Shown here: positions 43,586 to 52,112 of the stretch, piece after piece
Numbering within the stretch: the first letter of the stretch is position 1
How the letters are laid out: each line of letters opens with the position of its first letter
NCBI GenBank assembly: GCA_964422025.1
Contig: CAYQYZ010000007.1
Span: 458-64,457, forward strand
Direction of reading: 5' to 3'
DNA from: an uncultured Gammaproteobacteria bacterium
Lineage (GTDB): Bacteria > Patescibacteriota > Microgenomatia > UBA1406 > HO2-37-13b
DNA length: 64,000 bases
Made by a program: the position numbers and the translations under genes
Notes under the pieces: model-generated
Told to the model about the DNA's origin: nothing
Seen by the model: only the letters and a program-made list of their open reading frames with translations
Database searches by the model: none

Positions 43586-43796
43586 GAGTAATAATTCCAA
43601 ACATATTCACCCAGCCTGGACACAATTTTCAAGCTTTCAGGAAAGACTATATATCAGCTTAGGCGAACTTCTTGATACATTCTCACGAGGGGCAGTAAAT
43701 TAAAAAATACACAAAAATTTTGCAGAATTGACTATTTTAGCCTATCCAAATAATCCGATATAAATATTACTATACCTATAGTATAATATCAGCTAT

Positions 43797-44405
43797 ATGA
43801 GTTCACCAATAGAACGTCGTCGAAATCCCTTTACACCTGTATTGCCGGTTACGCCAGAAGTAGTAGCGAGGGGATACGAAATTATAGCTGCAAATCAAGA
43901 AGCAGCATTGAAATTAGAACTCAAGCATATTGCAGCTTCTAATCCGCATCTTGCTCGACATATTTCGGCGTTTGCGAGAGCCGTAGGAGAAGTTGTATTG
44001 CCCCAATTTAAAGCAGATATATTCGAAGGAGCAGCCTGGGCACATTTACTACTTAGGTTACAGTTGCAGAAAAGTTCTGGAGCGCAAATGCTTTCACAAG
44101 AAAATAGAAACGCATTACCGCGAATAACGGAAGGGCAGCGACAACAACATTCTGATGCGTTTAAAAGGAGCGGAGAATTATCGGGTCTTGATCTGTACAA
44201 TTTTTTTGTTGCACGAGGCGCTCTGTTAGAAAGCTTTGACCCAGGATTGTCGACTGCAATGGATCAACTAACGGCAAATAAATTTCCCATGCTTCAACCG
44301 TCTGAAAGTGACCAGATGGACAATATTCCATCACTGCCTATTTTACTAAAATTTGGAGCATCAGAAGTATATTTCCTTGTATACGGAGCGGCATATAATC
44401 GGTGA
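43797..44405 (+). CDS. hypothetical protein
   Basis: 202-aa ORF with TAGTATAAT 9 nt upstream. No motif recognised. Confidence 0.5.
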   Translation: MSSPIERRRNPFTPVLPVTPEVVARGYEIIAANQEAALKLELKHIAASNPHLARHISAFARAVGEVVLPQFKADIFEGAAWAHLLLRLQLQKSSGAQMLSQENRNALPRITEGQRQQHSDAFKRSGELSGLDLYNFFVARGALLESFDPGLSTAMDQLTANKFPMLQPSESDQMDNIPSLPILLKFGASEVYFLVYGAAYNR

Positions 44406-44469
44406 AATACAATAATCCTTTTTTTTGGAAATGGGCTACTAGTCGCCGAATCGTAAAAATAGAATTATT

Positions 44470-44636
44470 GGAATAGAAATCTCGAAACATTGCATTTCCC
44501 CACCACCAGCGTTTCCAAAAGGCCGGTTTTTGTAAGAATTCAAAGTCAATTTTAGTTGGGGTATCGATCATAAGCCCACATATTTCTTAGAACAATCGGA
44601 TCATCTTCCATTCGCAACATGTAACACTATGGCCTG
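44470..44636 (-). pseudogene. decayed partial copy of the 3' half of gene 45270..45695
   Basis: Encodes LRMEDDPIVLRNMWAYD and MIDTPTKIDFEFLQKPAFWKRWWWGNAMFRD in two different frames. It has lost the native stop and the N-terminal half. Confidence 0.65.
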
Positions 44637-44702
44637 TCATAGCAACGTATTATACATCTATTCTTGACATCCTTTCTTCTATATATTATTGTTACTTTAA
44701 CC

Positions 44703-44972
44703 ATGCATGATTCTGTAAAATCGGTTCTCTTCGCTCTGAGTGCATTCGTTGTACATATGATCCTTTTTGGAGGATTTATTGCCGGCATTTTAGCTCTTGT
44801 TGGAGTATTTTTCGGATATAAAGCGTATAACGCAAAAATCGTGCAAATTCCTTTGCCATTTTCGGTAAATATTTCAGGTAAAAAAAGGAAGAAGGCAGAG
44901 GTGCTTATTTCAAGCAAAAATCTAGCCCTAGGAGGAATTATTTTGAATGTAATTGCGCTGTTGATGATTTAA
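44703..44972 (+). CDS. small membrane protein (2-3 TM)
   Basis: ATG at 44703. The TTG 'start' at 44664 is the -35 box of TTGACA-N17-TATTGT. Confidence 0.45.
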   Translation: MHDSVKSVLFALSAFVVHMILFGGFIAGILALVGVFFGYKAYNAKIVQIPLPFSVNISGKKRKKAEVLISSKNLALGGIILNVIALLMI

Positions 44973-44979
44973 TAAGCAT

Positions 44980-45207
44980 ATGCCAAAACGAAAAGTTTCC
45001 AAAACTCAGCTCGCCAAACACAGAGTATTCCATCGTTCGGTCAAAAACAAAGTTCTTGCTGGCGTTTGTGCTGGTATGGCAGAGTATTTTAATATCGATC
45101 CACTCATCGTGCGATCTATTTTTATTGGCCTTGCATGTATTGATGGAGCTGGAATTGTATTATATGTTCTACTGTGGATTTTTACTCCAGTGGCAGGTAA
45201 AAAATGA
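44980..45207 (+). CDS. PspC domain-containing protein
   Basis: KVLAGVCAGMAEYFNIDPLIVRSIF followed by a TM helix. Confidence 0.8.
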   Translation: MPKRKVSKTQLAKHRVFHRSVKNKVLAGVCAGMAEYFNIDPLIVRSIFIGLACIDGAGIVLYVLLWIFTPVAGKK

Positions 45208-45269
45208 CACATGCCCCCCCATTTTGGTAATTTATTTTCAGTATATGAGGAAGAAAAAGTAATTTAGTT

Positions 45270-45695
45270 TTAGAATACGTACTCTCTAAACATCGAATTC
45301 CCCCACCACCATTTTCTCCAGTATGCAGGTTTTTGCAAGAATTCGTAGTCTATGTTTGTTGGTGTATCAATCATAAGTCCAATTACGTTTTCAGGAATAT
45401 ATTGTTCCCAAATCCATACATTGTCATTTGGGTCATACGCCCACATATTTCTTAAAATAATTGGGTCTCCTTCAAGGCGTAGAACCGTTACTTTTCCTCC
45501 ATTAAAGTCTTGTGGAAATACCTTACCGCCTTTTACGGTTAATACCCATTTCATGTCACCACCAAATTCAGGTGATGTAACGACTTGTAAAACGGAGTTG
45601 TTGACTGATTGAGCATGCGCAGTAGTTGCGGTGACACCAAGAGCGATACTTGAGATAAGCGCAAGACTTAGGAGTGCTTTTTTAATGAAATTCAT
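45270..45695 (-). CDS. secreted hypothetical protein
   Basis: Signal peptide ending AHA-QS and a Trp-rich C-terminus (YWRKWWWGN). A paralog fragment lies at 44470..44636. Confidence 0.6.
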   Translation of the reverse strand: MNFIKKALLSLALISSIALGVTATTAHAQSVNNSVLQVVTSPEFGGDMKWVLTVKGGKVFPQDFNGGKVTVLRLEGDPIILRNMWAYDPNDNVWIWEQYIPENVIGLMIDTPTNIDYEFLQKPAYWRKWWWGNSMFREYVF

Positions 45696-45743
45696 GTCTA
45701 TAGTATACAGTATGTAAGCTTGGACTGCAAATTCGCGGAGAAT

Positions 45744-45962
45744 TTACTTTTTTGAAGAAGTCTTATTTACTTGAACAATCATAAGTATCCCTAGTACGAT
45801 GCCGGCTATTCCATAAATTGAGGATGTGGTCTTGCTAAAATCAAATAGTTGATCATACCCAAGAACATAGCTGAATCCAGTAATAATGACATATAAAAAG
45901 TAAAAATATTGCATGTATATGAAAATCTTTGATTGGTTTTTATTCATATGAAAATTGTACAC
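45744..45962 (-). CDS. small membrane protein (2 TM)
   Basis: 72-aa hydrophobic ORF. Confidence 0.4.
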   Translation of the reverse strand: MYNFHMNKNQSKIFIYMQYFYFLYVIITGFSYVLGYDQLFDFSKTTSSIYGIAGIVLGILMIVQVNKTSSKK

Positions 45963-46002
45963 TTTTTGAGAAATGTTGATAACTTTATACTATAATTAGT
46001 AG

Positions 46003-46182
46003 ATGAAATGTGCAAAATGTAATGGAGAAATGGAGGAGGGCATGGTCAAAGGTAGTAGTGGGCATGATGCTGGGCAAAAATGGGGAAAAGAAATTAATTG
46101 GCGGGGAAGAGTAAAAAATGGAAAAGATATAGTTGTTTATCGATGCACTTCCTGTGGCTATTTGGAAAGCTACGCAGTCTAA
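46003..46182 (+). CDS. small zinc-ribbon protein (59 aa)
   Basis: MKCAKCNGEMEEG...YRCTSCGYLESY has two CxxC pairs. TATAAT lies 6 nt upstream. This replaces the antisense ORF 45985..46218. Confidence 0.5.
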   Translation: MKCAKCNGEMEEGMVKGSSGHDAGQKWGKEINWRGRVKNGKDIVVYRCTSCGYLESYAV

Positions 46183-46255
46183 ACTCATATTCCTCCCCAT
46201 ATACTCTTCCCTCCACATCTGTTACTATGTTCGCATAGTCGGGGGGTGAAATATT

Positions 46256-46630
46256 ATGTCGCTAGAAGTTCCGGTTGAACATCCTGTTCGAGTATACAAA
46301 CAGAAAAAGGTAATCTTCCGCACGTATCAAATTATTTGGTACCTGTTGGGAGTAGTAGAAGTGCTGCTAATCTTCCGAATTGTGCTTAAAATGCTTGGCG
46401 CAAACACAAATAGTGGTTTTACGTCGATGATATATACTCTCAGTGCGCCATTTGCAGTGCCGTTCCAAGGGATTTTGAATATTAGTTATGCAGAAGGTCA
46501 TGTGTTTGAATGGACTACGTTTATAGCAATGATTGTATTTGCAATTCTTGCGTATGGATTGGTCGAACTATTTCAGTTGATTAAGCCCACAACCCCTGAA
46601 GAGGTTGAGAATGTGGTTGATAATCAGTAA
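46256..46630 (+). CDS. YggT family membrane protein
   Basis: Two-helix YGGT-like repeat and a GGGGGTGA SD upstream. Confidence 0.6.
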   Translation: MSLEVPVEHPVRVYKQKKVIFRTYQIIWYLLGVVEVLLIFRIVLKMLGANTNSGFTSMIYTLSAPFAVPFQGILNISYAEGHVFEWTTFIAMIVFAILAYGLVELFQLIKPTTPEEVENVVDNQ

Positions 46631-46668
46631 AACGTGTTACTAATTAATCGAAAGAAGGTGAACAAACT

Positions 46669-46914
46669 ATGGGAATAATTTTATGGATCATATTCGGAGC
46701 TATCGCAGGGTGGATTGCTTCGATGATTATGGGTTCAAACGGTGATACAGTAATGGATATAATTATGGGAATCGTTGGAGCGGTAGTTGGCGGATTTTTA
46801 ATGAATGCATTGGGCTATTCTGGCGTTACGGGATTCAATTTATACAGTATGGCGGTTGCTGTACTTGGTGCAATTGTGGTAATTTACGTTGGTCGAATGC
46901 TAAGAAATAGATAA
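46669..46914 (+). CDS. GlsB/YeaQ/YmgE family stress-response membrane protein
   Basis: ILWIIFGAIAGWIASMIMG motif and a GAAGGTGA SD upstream. Confidence 0.8.
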   Translation: MGIILWIIFGAIAGWIASMIMGSNGDTVMDIIMGIVGAVVGGFLMNALGYSGVTGFNLYSMAVAVLGAIVVIYVGRMLRNR

Positions 46915-47235
46915 TTAGTAGGCAACAACACACACAAGTCCGAGTACAAAAAGTCCTAGCCACATCGCGGTTTGTAAAACGATGGTGGCAGGTGCCTTAA
47001 AGTCTTTTTTCTGGGTGTAGAGTTTGATTGGATAATAAAACACAATCATACTGCATATTAAAGCCGATGTCGAAAATAGAGACATTGCCAGAAGTGGGGC
47101 TAAATAGTGTGGAGAATCATTGTCGTGTCCTTCGGTAGCGAATGCAAAGAAAACTATGATAGAAATGTAACCAATGATTCCAAGCGCTTGAAAAAAAGCA
47201 ACTTTTGACGGTGAAAATGGCTTTTTGACTACCAT
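46915..47235 (-). CDS. small membrane protein (3 TM)
   Basis: 106-aa hydrophobic ORF. Confidence 0.45.
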   Translation of the reverse strand: MVVKKPFSPSKVAFFQALGIIGYISIIVFFAFATEGHDNDSPHYLAPLLAMSLFSTSALICSMIVFYYPIKLYTQKKDFKAPATIVLQTAMWLGLFVLGLVCVVAY

Positions 47236-47299
47236 GTATTGAGTATATCACATCCGATTCTCCTAGCTTTTCCCCCTGTTTTCTGGTACAATTGCCCCT

Positions 47300-48451
47300 A
47301 TGACAGTCATAAAAAGTGAATTTTATTTAGCCTTACAACAAGTCGCGACCGAGCGGGGAATTAAGCCCGAGGAAGTTATTGCGTCAATTAAATCGGCAGT
47401 TTTAGCTGCCTATCGAAAAGATTATCATCCTGAAGTTCCTGAAGATAAAGAAATCGAAGAAGTATTTGCCGTGAGCCTTGATGAAAACACTGGTGAAACC
47501 AAAATTCTGGAAGAGGGGAAAGATATTACTCCTGCCGGATTTGGTCGTATTGCGGCCCAAACTGCTCGCCAGGTTATTATGCAAAAAATTCGAGAAGCTG
47601 AAAAGAAAACCATTATTGGTCATTATCAAACACTTGTTGGGACTCTTGCAAAAGGTCGTATTATCCGATTTGAAGGCAAAACAGTCATTATCGATATCGG
47701 AAAAGCCGAAGGCGTTATGCCTCCTGAAGATCAAATTCGAAATGAGAACTATGATTTGAACGTACAATTAACCTTTTATATTAAGGAAATTCGTGAAGAT
47801 GATTTCCGTGGTCAACGGATCATTGTTTCTCGTGCGCATCCAAAGTTGGTTGAAGAATTATTCCGAAAAGAAGTTCCAGAAATTGCAAATGGTGCAGTTA
47901 CGATGAAAAATGTTGTTCGAGAACCGGGTGATCGTGCAAAAATCGCAGTTTACTCTGACCAGAGTGGAGTAGACCCTGTTGGTGCCTGTGTAGGGCAACG
48001 AGGAATGCGTGTTAAAGCCGTTACGGATGAACTTGGCGGAGAAGAAAAAGTTGATATTATTCAATATCAAACTGATGAAGCATTTTTTGTTCGAGAAGCT
48101 CTATCACCTGCCAAAGTTACTTCCGTGGAACTCGACAAAGATAAAAAATATGCAAAAGTTATCGTTGACGCTTCACAAGCTCCTTTGGCGATTGGTCGTG
48201 GTGGAGTAAATGTGAATTTAGCATCACGATTAACCGGGTATGAAATTGATATTGTGCAAGTTGGCGGACTTGAAGAGGCGCCTAAAGAGGAGGAAGCTGT
48301 TGAAGCTCCTGAAACTCCCAAAGAACCAAAAGTCGTTAAAGCTAAAAAAGCAAAAGAAGATGAGAAAGAGATCCTGAAACCCTCCTCGGAGGACAAGCAA
48401 GTTCAGGATGACAATACTGAAGAACCAGAAGTAACTACTGAAGAAAAATGA
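47300..48451 (+). CDS. nusA: transcription termination/antitermination factor NusA
   Basis: N-terminal domain, S1 domain and two KH domains (GACVGQRGMRV, AIGRGGVNV), with an acidic tail. TGGTACAAT lies 7 nt upstream of the ATG. Confidence 0.9.
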   Translation: MTVIKSEFYLALQQVATERGIKPEEVIASIKSAVLAAYRKDYHPEVPEDKEIEEVFAVSLDENTGETKILEEGKDITPAGFGRIAAQTARQVIMQKIREAEKKTIIGHYQTLVGTLAKGRIIRFEGKTVIIDIGKAEGVMPPEDQIRNENYDLNVQLTFYIKEIREDDFRGQRIIVSRAHPKLVEELFRKEVPEIANGAVTMKNVVREPGDRAKIAVYSDQSGVDPVGACVGQRGMRVKAVTDELGGEEKVDIIQYQTDEAFFVREALSPAKVTSVELDKDKKYAKVIVDASQAPLAIGRGGVNVNLASRLTGYEIDIVQVGGLEEAPKEEEAVEAPETPKEPKVVKAKKAKEDEKEILKPSSEDKQVQDDNTEEPEVTTEEK

Positions 48452-48501
48452 TTATGAAAAGCATATTTCTTACGTAAACTCCGGCTCTTCTTACCAATTA
48501 T

Positions 48502-49962
48502 ATGAATACACTAAAGGATCGTTCACCAGTCGTGGTTGTGCTCGGGCACGTTGATCATGGAAAGACAACGCTTTTAGATTACATTCGAAGCTCGAATCGG
48601 GCTGCGCGTGAAGTTGGTGGTATAACCCAAAGTATTGGTGCGTATGAGGCTAAAATTGAGTCAAAAGAGTATCCGATTGACACGATTACGTTTATTGATA
48701 CTCCGGGCCACGAAGCATTTTCACAGTTACGCTTGCAAGGCGCAAATGTGGCTGATTTGGCCATACTTATGGTCGACGGTGTAGATTCATTGATGCCTCA
48801 AACTATGGAATCAATTTTTCATATTCAAAATGCAAAAATTCCCTATATTATTGCGGTAAACAAAATGGATCTTCCAGGTGCAAGTATTGAAAAGGTAAAA
48901 AAAGACCTCTCCATTAAGGGTGTACTCGTTGAAGGCCAGGGTGGAGATGTTCCAGTTGTTCCTATTTCAGCAAAAAAAGGGGAAGGTGTACAGGATTTAC
49001 TTGAAACAATCCTAGTTCTTTCTTCGCTCAATAAACTCACATACTCGGAAAGTAATCCGCTACAGGCGTTTATTATTGAATCAAGAACTACTAAGGCTGG
49101 AATTGCACTCTCCGTAATCGTAAAAGATGGGGTATTGCGGGTAGGCGACACTGTTTTCGCCGGTAATTTGCAAGCTAAAATTAAAGCGCTCGTGACTGAT
49201 TTAGGGGAAAATGTGAAAGAAATTTTGCCATCACGACCGTGTGTGGTGTTGGGATTTAGCGAGCTTCCAGAAATTGGACTGAGCTTAACTAAAGCTGCTG
49301 CGGCAGGTGAAGAGGTAGCTAAAGCGCACGTTGAAGAGCAAAAAACGACCGCTTCATTCTTTTCTGAGCCGGTTGAAGAGGCTAAAAAACTCAAAGTTAT
49401 ACTTAAAACCGATACTCAGGGATCTCTTGATGCACTCCTGGGCACTCTGGTTAAAAACGATACAATCGAGGTTGTCCTCTCGGGACTCGGCGAGATTACC
49501 AAGAGCGACATTTTTCTGGCTAAAGTAAGTAAAGCAATTATTATTGGTTTCTCGATAACAATCAATAAAAGCACTGAAGCATTGGCCAAAGAAGAGCGAG
49601 TAGTAATAAGAACCTATAACATTATTTATGAGCTGCTTGACGAGCTTACGGAAGTGTCGGATTTAATGGCTGAAAAAGAACAGAAAGAAAAGAGTGTTAA
49701 AAGTGAGTCTAAAATCGTGGCAACATTCATTATCGAAAAAGAAAAGATTGCTGGAATCAATATTCTAAAGGGTAAATTGAATATAGGCGATGCTGTCGAG
49801 CTATATCGAAATGAGAAACTTATAACAAACTCCAAGATCGTATCGCTTCGACAACGTGCAAAAACCGTGCCTGAAGCCAAGAAAGGTGAAGAAGCAGGCG
49901 TGCTTTTTTACCCTCAACTTGACTTTATAGTGGGTGATGTGATAAAATCTTATAGTATATGA
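48502..49962 (+). CDS. infB: translation initiation factor IF-2 (lacks N-terminal extension)
   Basis: GHVDHGKTTLLD (G1), DTPGHEAF (G3) and NKMD (G4). Confidence 0.9.
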   Translation: MNTLKDRSPVVVVLGHVDHGKTTLLDYIRSSNRAAREVGGITQSIGAYEAKIESKEYPIDTITFIDTPGHEAFSQLRLQGANVADLAILMVDGVDSLMPQTMESIFHIQNAKIPYIIAVNKMDLPGASIEKVKKDLSIKGVLVEGQGGDVPVVPISAKKGEGVQDLLETILVLSSLNKLTYSESNPLQAFIIESRTTKAGIALSVIVKDGVLRVGDTVFAGNLQAKIKALVTDLGENVKEILPSRPCVVLGFSELPEIGLSLTKAAAAGEEVAKAHVEEQKTTASFFSEPVEEAKKLKVILKTDTQGSLDALLGTLVKNDTIEVVLSGLGEITKSDIFLAKVSKAIIIGFSITINKSTEALAKEERVVIRTYNIIYELLDELTEVSDLMAEKEQKEKSVKSESKIVATFIIEKEKIAGINILKGKLNIGDAVELYRNEKLITNSKIVSLRQRAKTVPEAKKGEEAGVLFYPQLDFIVGDVIKSYSI

Positions 49963-50960
49963 ACAATGACGGTGTAATTCCATCAATTATTAAGATTTTA
50001 GAAACAAAATCGGTTTATTCGATTGTGTTGCCAGCTAACCCTACGCCTGACGCGGTATCGGCTGCTGTGGCTTTATATTTGGCCCTCATTAAGATTGGGA
50101 AAAGCGCGAGTATTGCCTGTTCTACCCCGGTTGACCCTGCTTTGGGCATTATTGGTGCTGATAAAATTCAAAAAGAACTCGTTGCTAGTGGTGACAATTT
50201 AGTCGTCTCATTTCCATATGAAGATGGTGCAATCGACAAAATTACGTACAATATTGAAGGAAATCAGTTTAATTTGGTTATTGCTCCTAAAGAAGGTAAG
50301 GCTCGACTCGAGACAAACAATGTCAAATATAGTTATAAAGGTGGAAAAGGTGAAGTAATTTTCACGATTGACGCTCCTTCGCTCGCTTCATTGGGCGATA
50401 TTTACACGAATCAAAAAGACATGTTTACGGGTGTTGAAATTATTAATGTAGATCGACACTTAACAAATGGAAACTTTGGATCGATTAATTTAGTCGAAAA
50501 ACAACGATCTTCAACATCGGAACTGGTTTTTGCATTGCTTAATGCGCTCTCACTTGAGATCGATAAAGATAGCGCTACCACGCTTTATGGTGGAATCGTT
50601 GCTGCAACGAATAATTTTACGTCATATTCGGTAAATGCGAATACGTTCGAAGCCTGCTCAAAGCTACTCTCATTAGGGGCCGTTAAACGTGCACCCGCTC
50701 GCCAACCGATGAATATGTATGCGCAACCGGGTGGAATGCCACAGATGAATTCTATGCCAATGGCTCCAACGCAGCCATATAATCAACCTGTTCAACAACC
50801 GGTTCAACCAATACAGCAACCCGTTCAAGCCCCGCCTGCGTTTAATGAAGCGATTTCGGTTGCTCCAGAAACCATGGAAAATGCAGAAACTGATGATAGC
50901 GATGCGTCTTCTACGGAATGGCTAAAGCCTAAGATCTTCAAAGGCGGAGGATTAGTTTAA
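49959..50960 (+). CDS. DHH-family-like protein with degenerate catalytic motifs and P/Q-rich tail
   Basis: NrnA-like order of motifs, but ANPTPDAVSA replaces HxxPDGDAxGS, DRH replaces DHH, and no GGGH/DHHA1 is present. ATGA overlap with infB. Confidence 0.6.
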   Translation: MNNDGVIPSIIKILETKSVYSIVLPANPTPDAVSAAVALYLALIKIGKSASIACSTPVDPALGIIGADKIQKELVASGDNLVVSFPYEDGAIDKITYNIEGNQFNLVIAPKEGKARLETNNVKYSYKGGKGEVIFTIDAPSLASLGDIYTNQKDMFTGVEIINVDRHLTNGNFGSINLVEKQRSSTSELVFALLNALSLEIDKDSATTLYGGIVAATNNFTSYSVNANTFEACSKLLSLGAVKRAPARQPMNMYAQPGGMPQMNSMPMAPTQPYNQPVQQPVQPIQQPVQAPPAFNEAISVAPETMENAETDDSDASSTEWLKPKIFKGGGLV

Positions 50961-50972
50961 TCTCCCTATCTA

Positions 50973-51057
50973 CTCCGCTCGATATCGTGTTTGTCGACTC
51001 GAGTGAAGAGTTGCTTCACGCTTCAACTCGTCTCCAAACAGATATCTCGCGCCGTAT
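50973..51057 (+). repeat. 85-nt hairpin element, conserved ends CTCCGCTCGATAT / ATATCTCGCGCCGTAT (copy A)
   Basis: The ends match copy B (54246..54332). The 56-nt core differs from copy B but is self-complementary (GTTTG/CAAAC, GTGAAG/CTTCAC). Confidence 0.75.
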
Positions 51058-51091
51058 GATCTCTGAGTCCTAATTAAGTTATAATGAATAC

Positions 51092-52069
51092 ATGGATCTC
51101 TACCTTATCATCGGTATAATCGTTATTCTCTTCGCAATCTCACTCTTCCTCATCCGTTCGTGGTTAACAAGCGCAAAGGCCGGAAATTCCGATGAACTTA
51201 TTGCGTGGCTTAAAGATGTTTCTACCCGAATGGAGAATCAGGCGGTGCAAACTGATCGTAAAATGGCGCAAAACATGACCACATTTAACGAACGAATCGA
51301 TAAGACTTCCCAAGTAATTTCCCAAGTGCAAAAAAACATCGGGGAATTTGCTGAAATTGGACGGGGAATGAAAGAATTGCAGGAATTTTTAAGTTCACCC
51401 AAACTTCGAGGAAACATTGGTGAACAAGTTCTTAAGGAGTTACTTTCTCAATTTTTACCTGCAAAAACGTACACTCTACAGCACACATTCAAGAGTGGGG
51501 AGAAAGTCGATGCGATCGTGAAAACTTCCCGAGGACTCATCCCAATCGATGCTAAATTCCCAATGGAAAATTTTAAACGGCTTATGCAAGAAGAATCGGC
51601 AACGCTGCGCGAAGTTCACCGAAAAGAGTTTATACGCGATGTAAAAAAACATATTACGGATATTTCCAAAAAATATATTTTAGTTAACGAAGGAACGGTG
51701 GATTATGCGCTTATGTATATTCCGTCTGAATCTATTTATTACGAAATTATCGTGCTTGAAGAGCTGCAATCGTACGCTGCAAACAAGCGAATTATGATTG
51801 TGTCGCCGATGAGTTTTTATGCATATTTGCACGCAATTTTAATGTCATTTGAAGGTGAAAAAATCCAGTCACGCGCACAAGATATACTCCTCGCGCTCCG
51901 AGACCTGAAGAAGGATTACGACGCAACCAATGACTCTTTTGGCGTTCTCCACAAACATCTCACTAACGCGTATAACCAAGCTGGTCAGGTAACCAAATCA
52001 TTTAACTCATTTGGAAACAAACTTGAGGCTACTAAGTTGCTTGAAGAGAAGGTTGAGGCAACTACCTAA
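51092..52069 (+). CDS. rmuC: DNA recombination protein RmuC
   Basis: N-terminal TM helix, a coiled coil and an RmuC nuclease-like C-terminal region. TATAAT lies 6 nt upstream of the ATG. Confidence 0.8.
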   Translation: MDLYLIIGIIVILFAISLFLIRSWLTSAKAGNSDELIAWLKDVSTRMENQAVQTDRKMAQNMTTFNERIDKTSQVISQVQKNIGEFAEIGRGMKELQEFLSSPKLRGNIGEQVLKELLSQFLPAKTYTLQHTFKSGEKVDAIVKTSRGLIPIDAKFPMENFKRLMQEESATLREVHRKEFIRDVKKHITDISKKYILVNEGTVDYALMYIPSESIYYEIIVLEELQSYAANKRIMIVSPMSFYAYLHAILMSFEGEKIQSRAQDILLALRDLKKDYDATNDSFGVLHKHLTNAYNQAGQVTKSFNSFGNKLEATKLLEEKVEATT

Positions 52070-52076
52070 TTCCCCC

Positions 52077-52106
52077 TTGACACGGTGTTCATAATTCCTC
52101 TATCAT
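52077..52106 (+). promoter_or_regulatory. promoter CCCCCTTGACA-N18-TATCAT, 6 nt before ATG 52113
   Basis: Read directly from the sequence. Shares the CCCCCTTGA prefix with the promoter at 52977. Confidence 0.5.
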
Positions 52107-52112
52107 GAATGA

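Noticed and set aside
45985-46218. Minus-strand ORF of 77 aa.
   Set aside because: The opposite strand carries a 59-aa zinc-ribbon ORF (two CxxC pairs) with TATAAT 6 nt upstream, which is a much better gene model.
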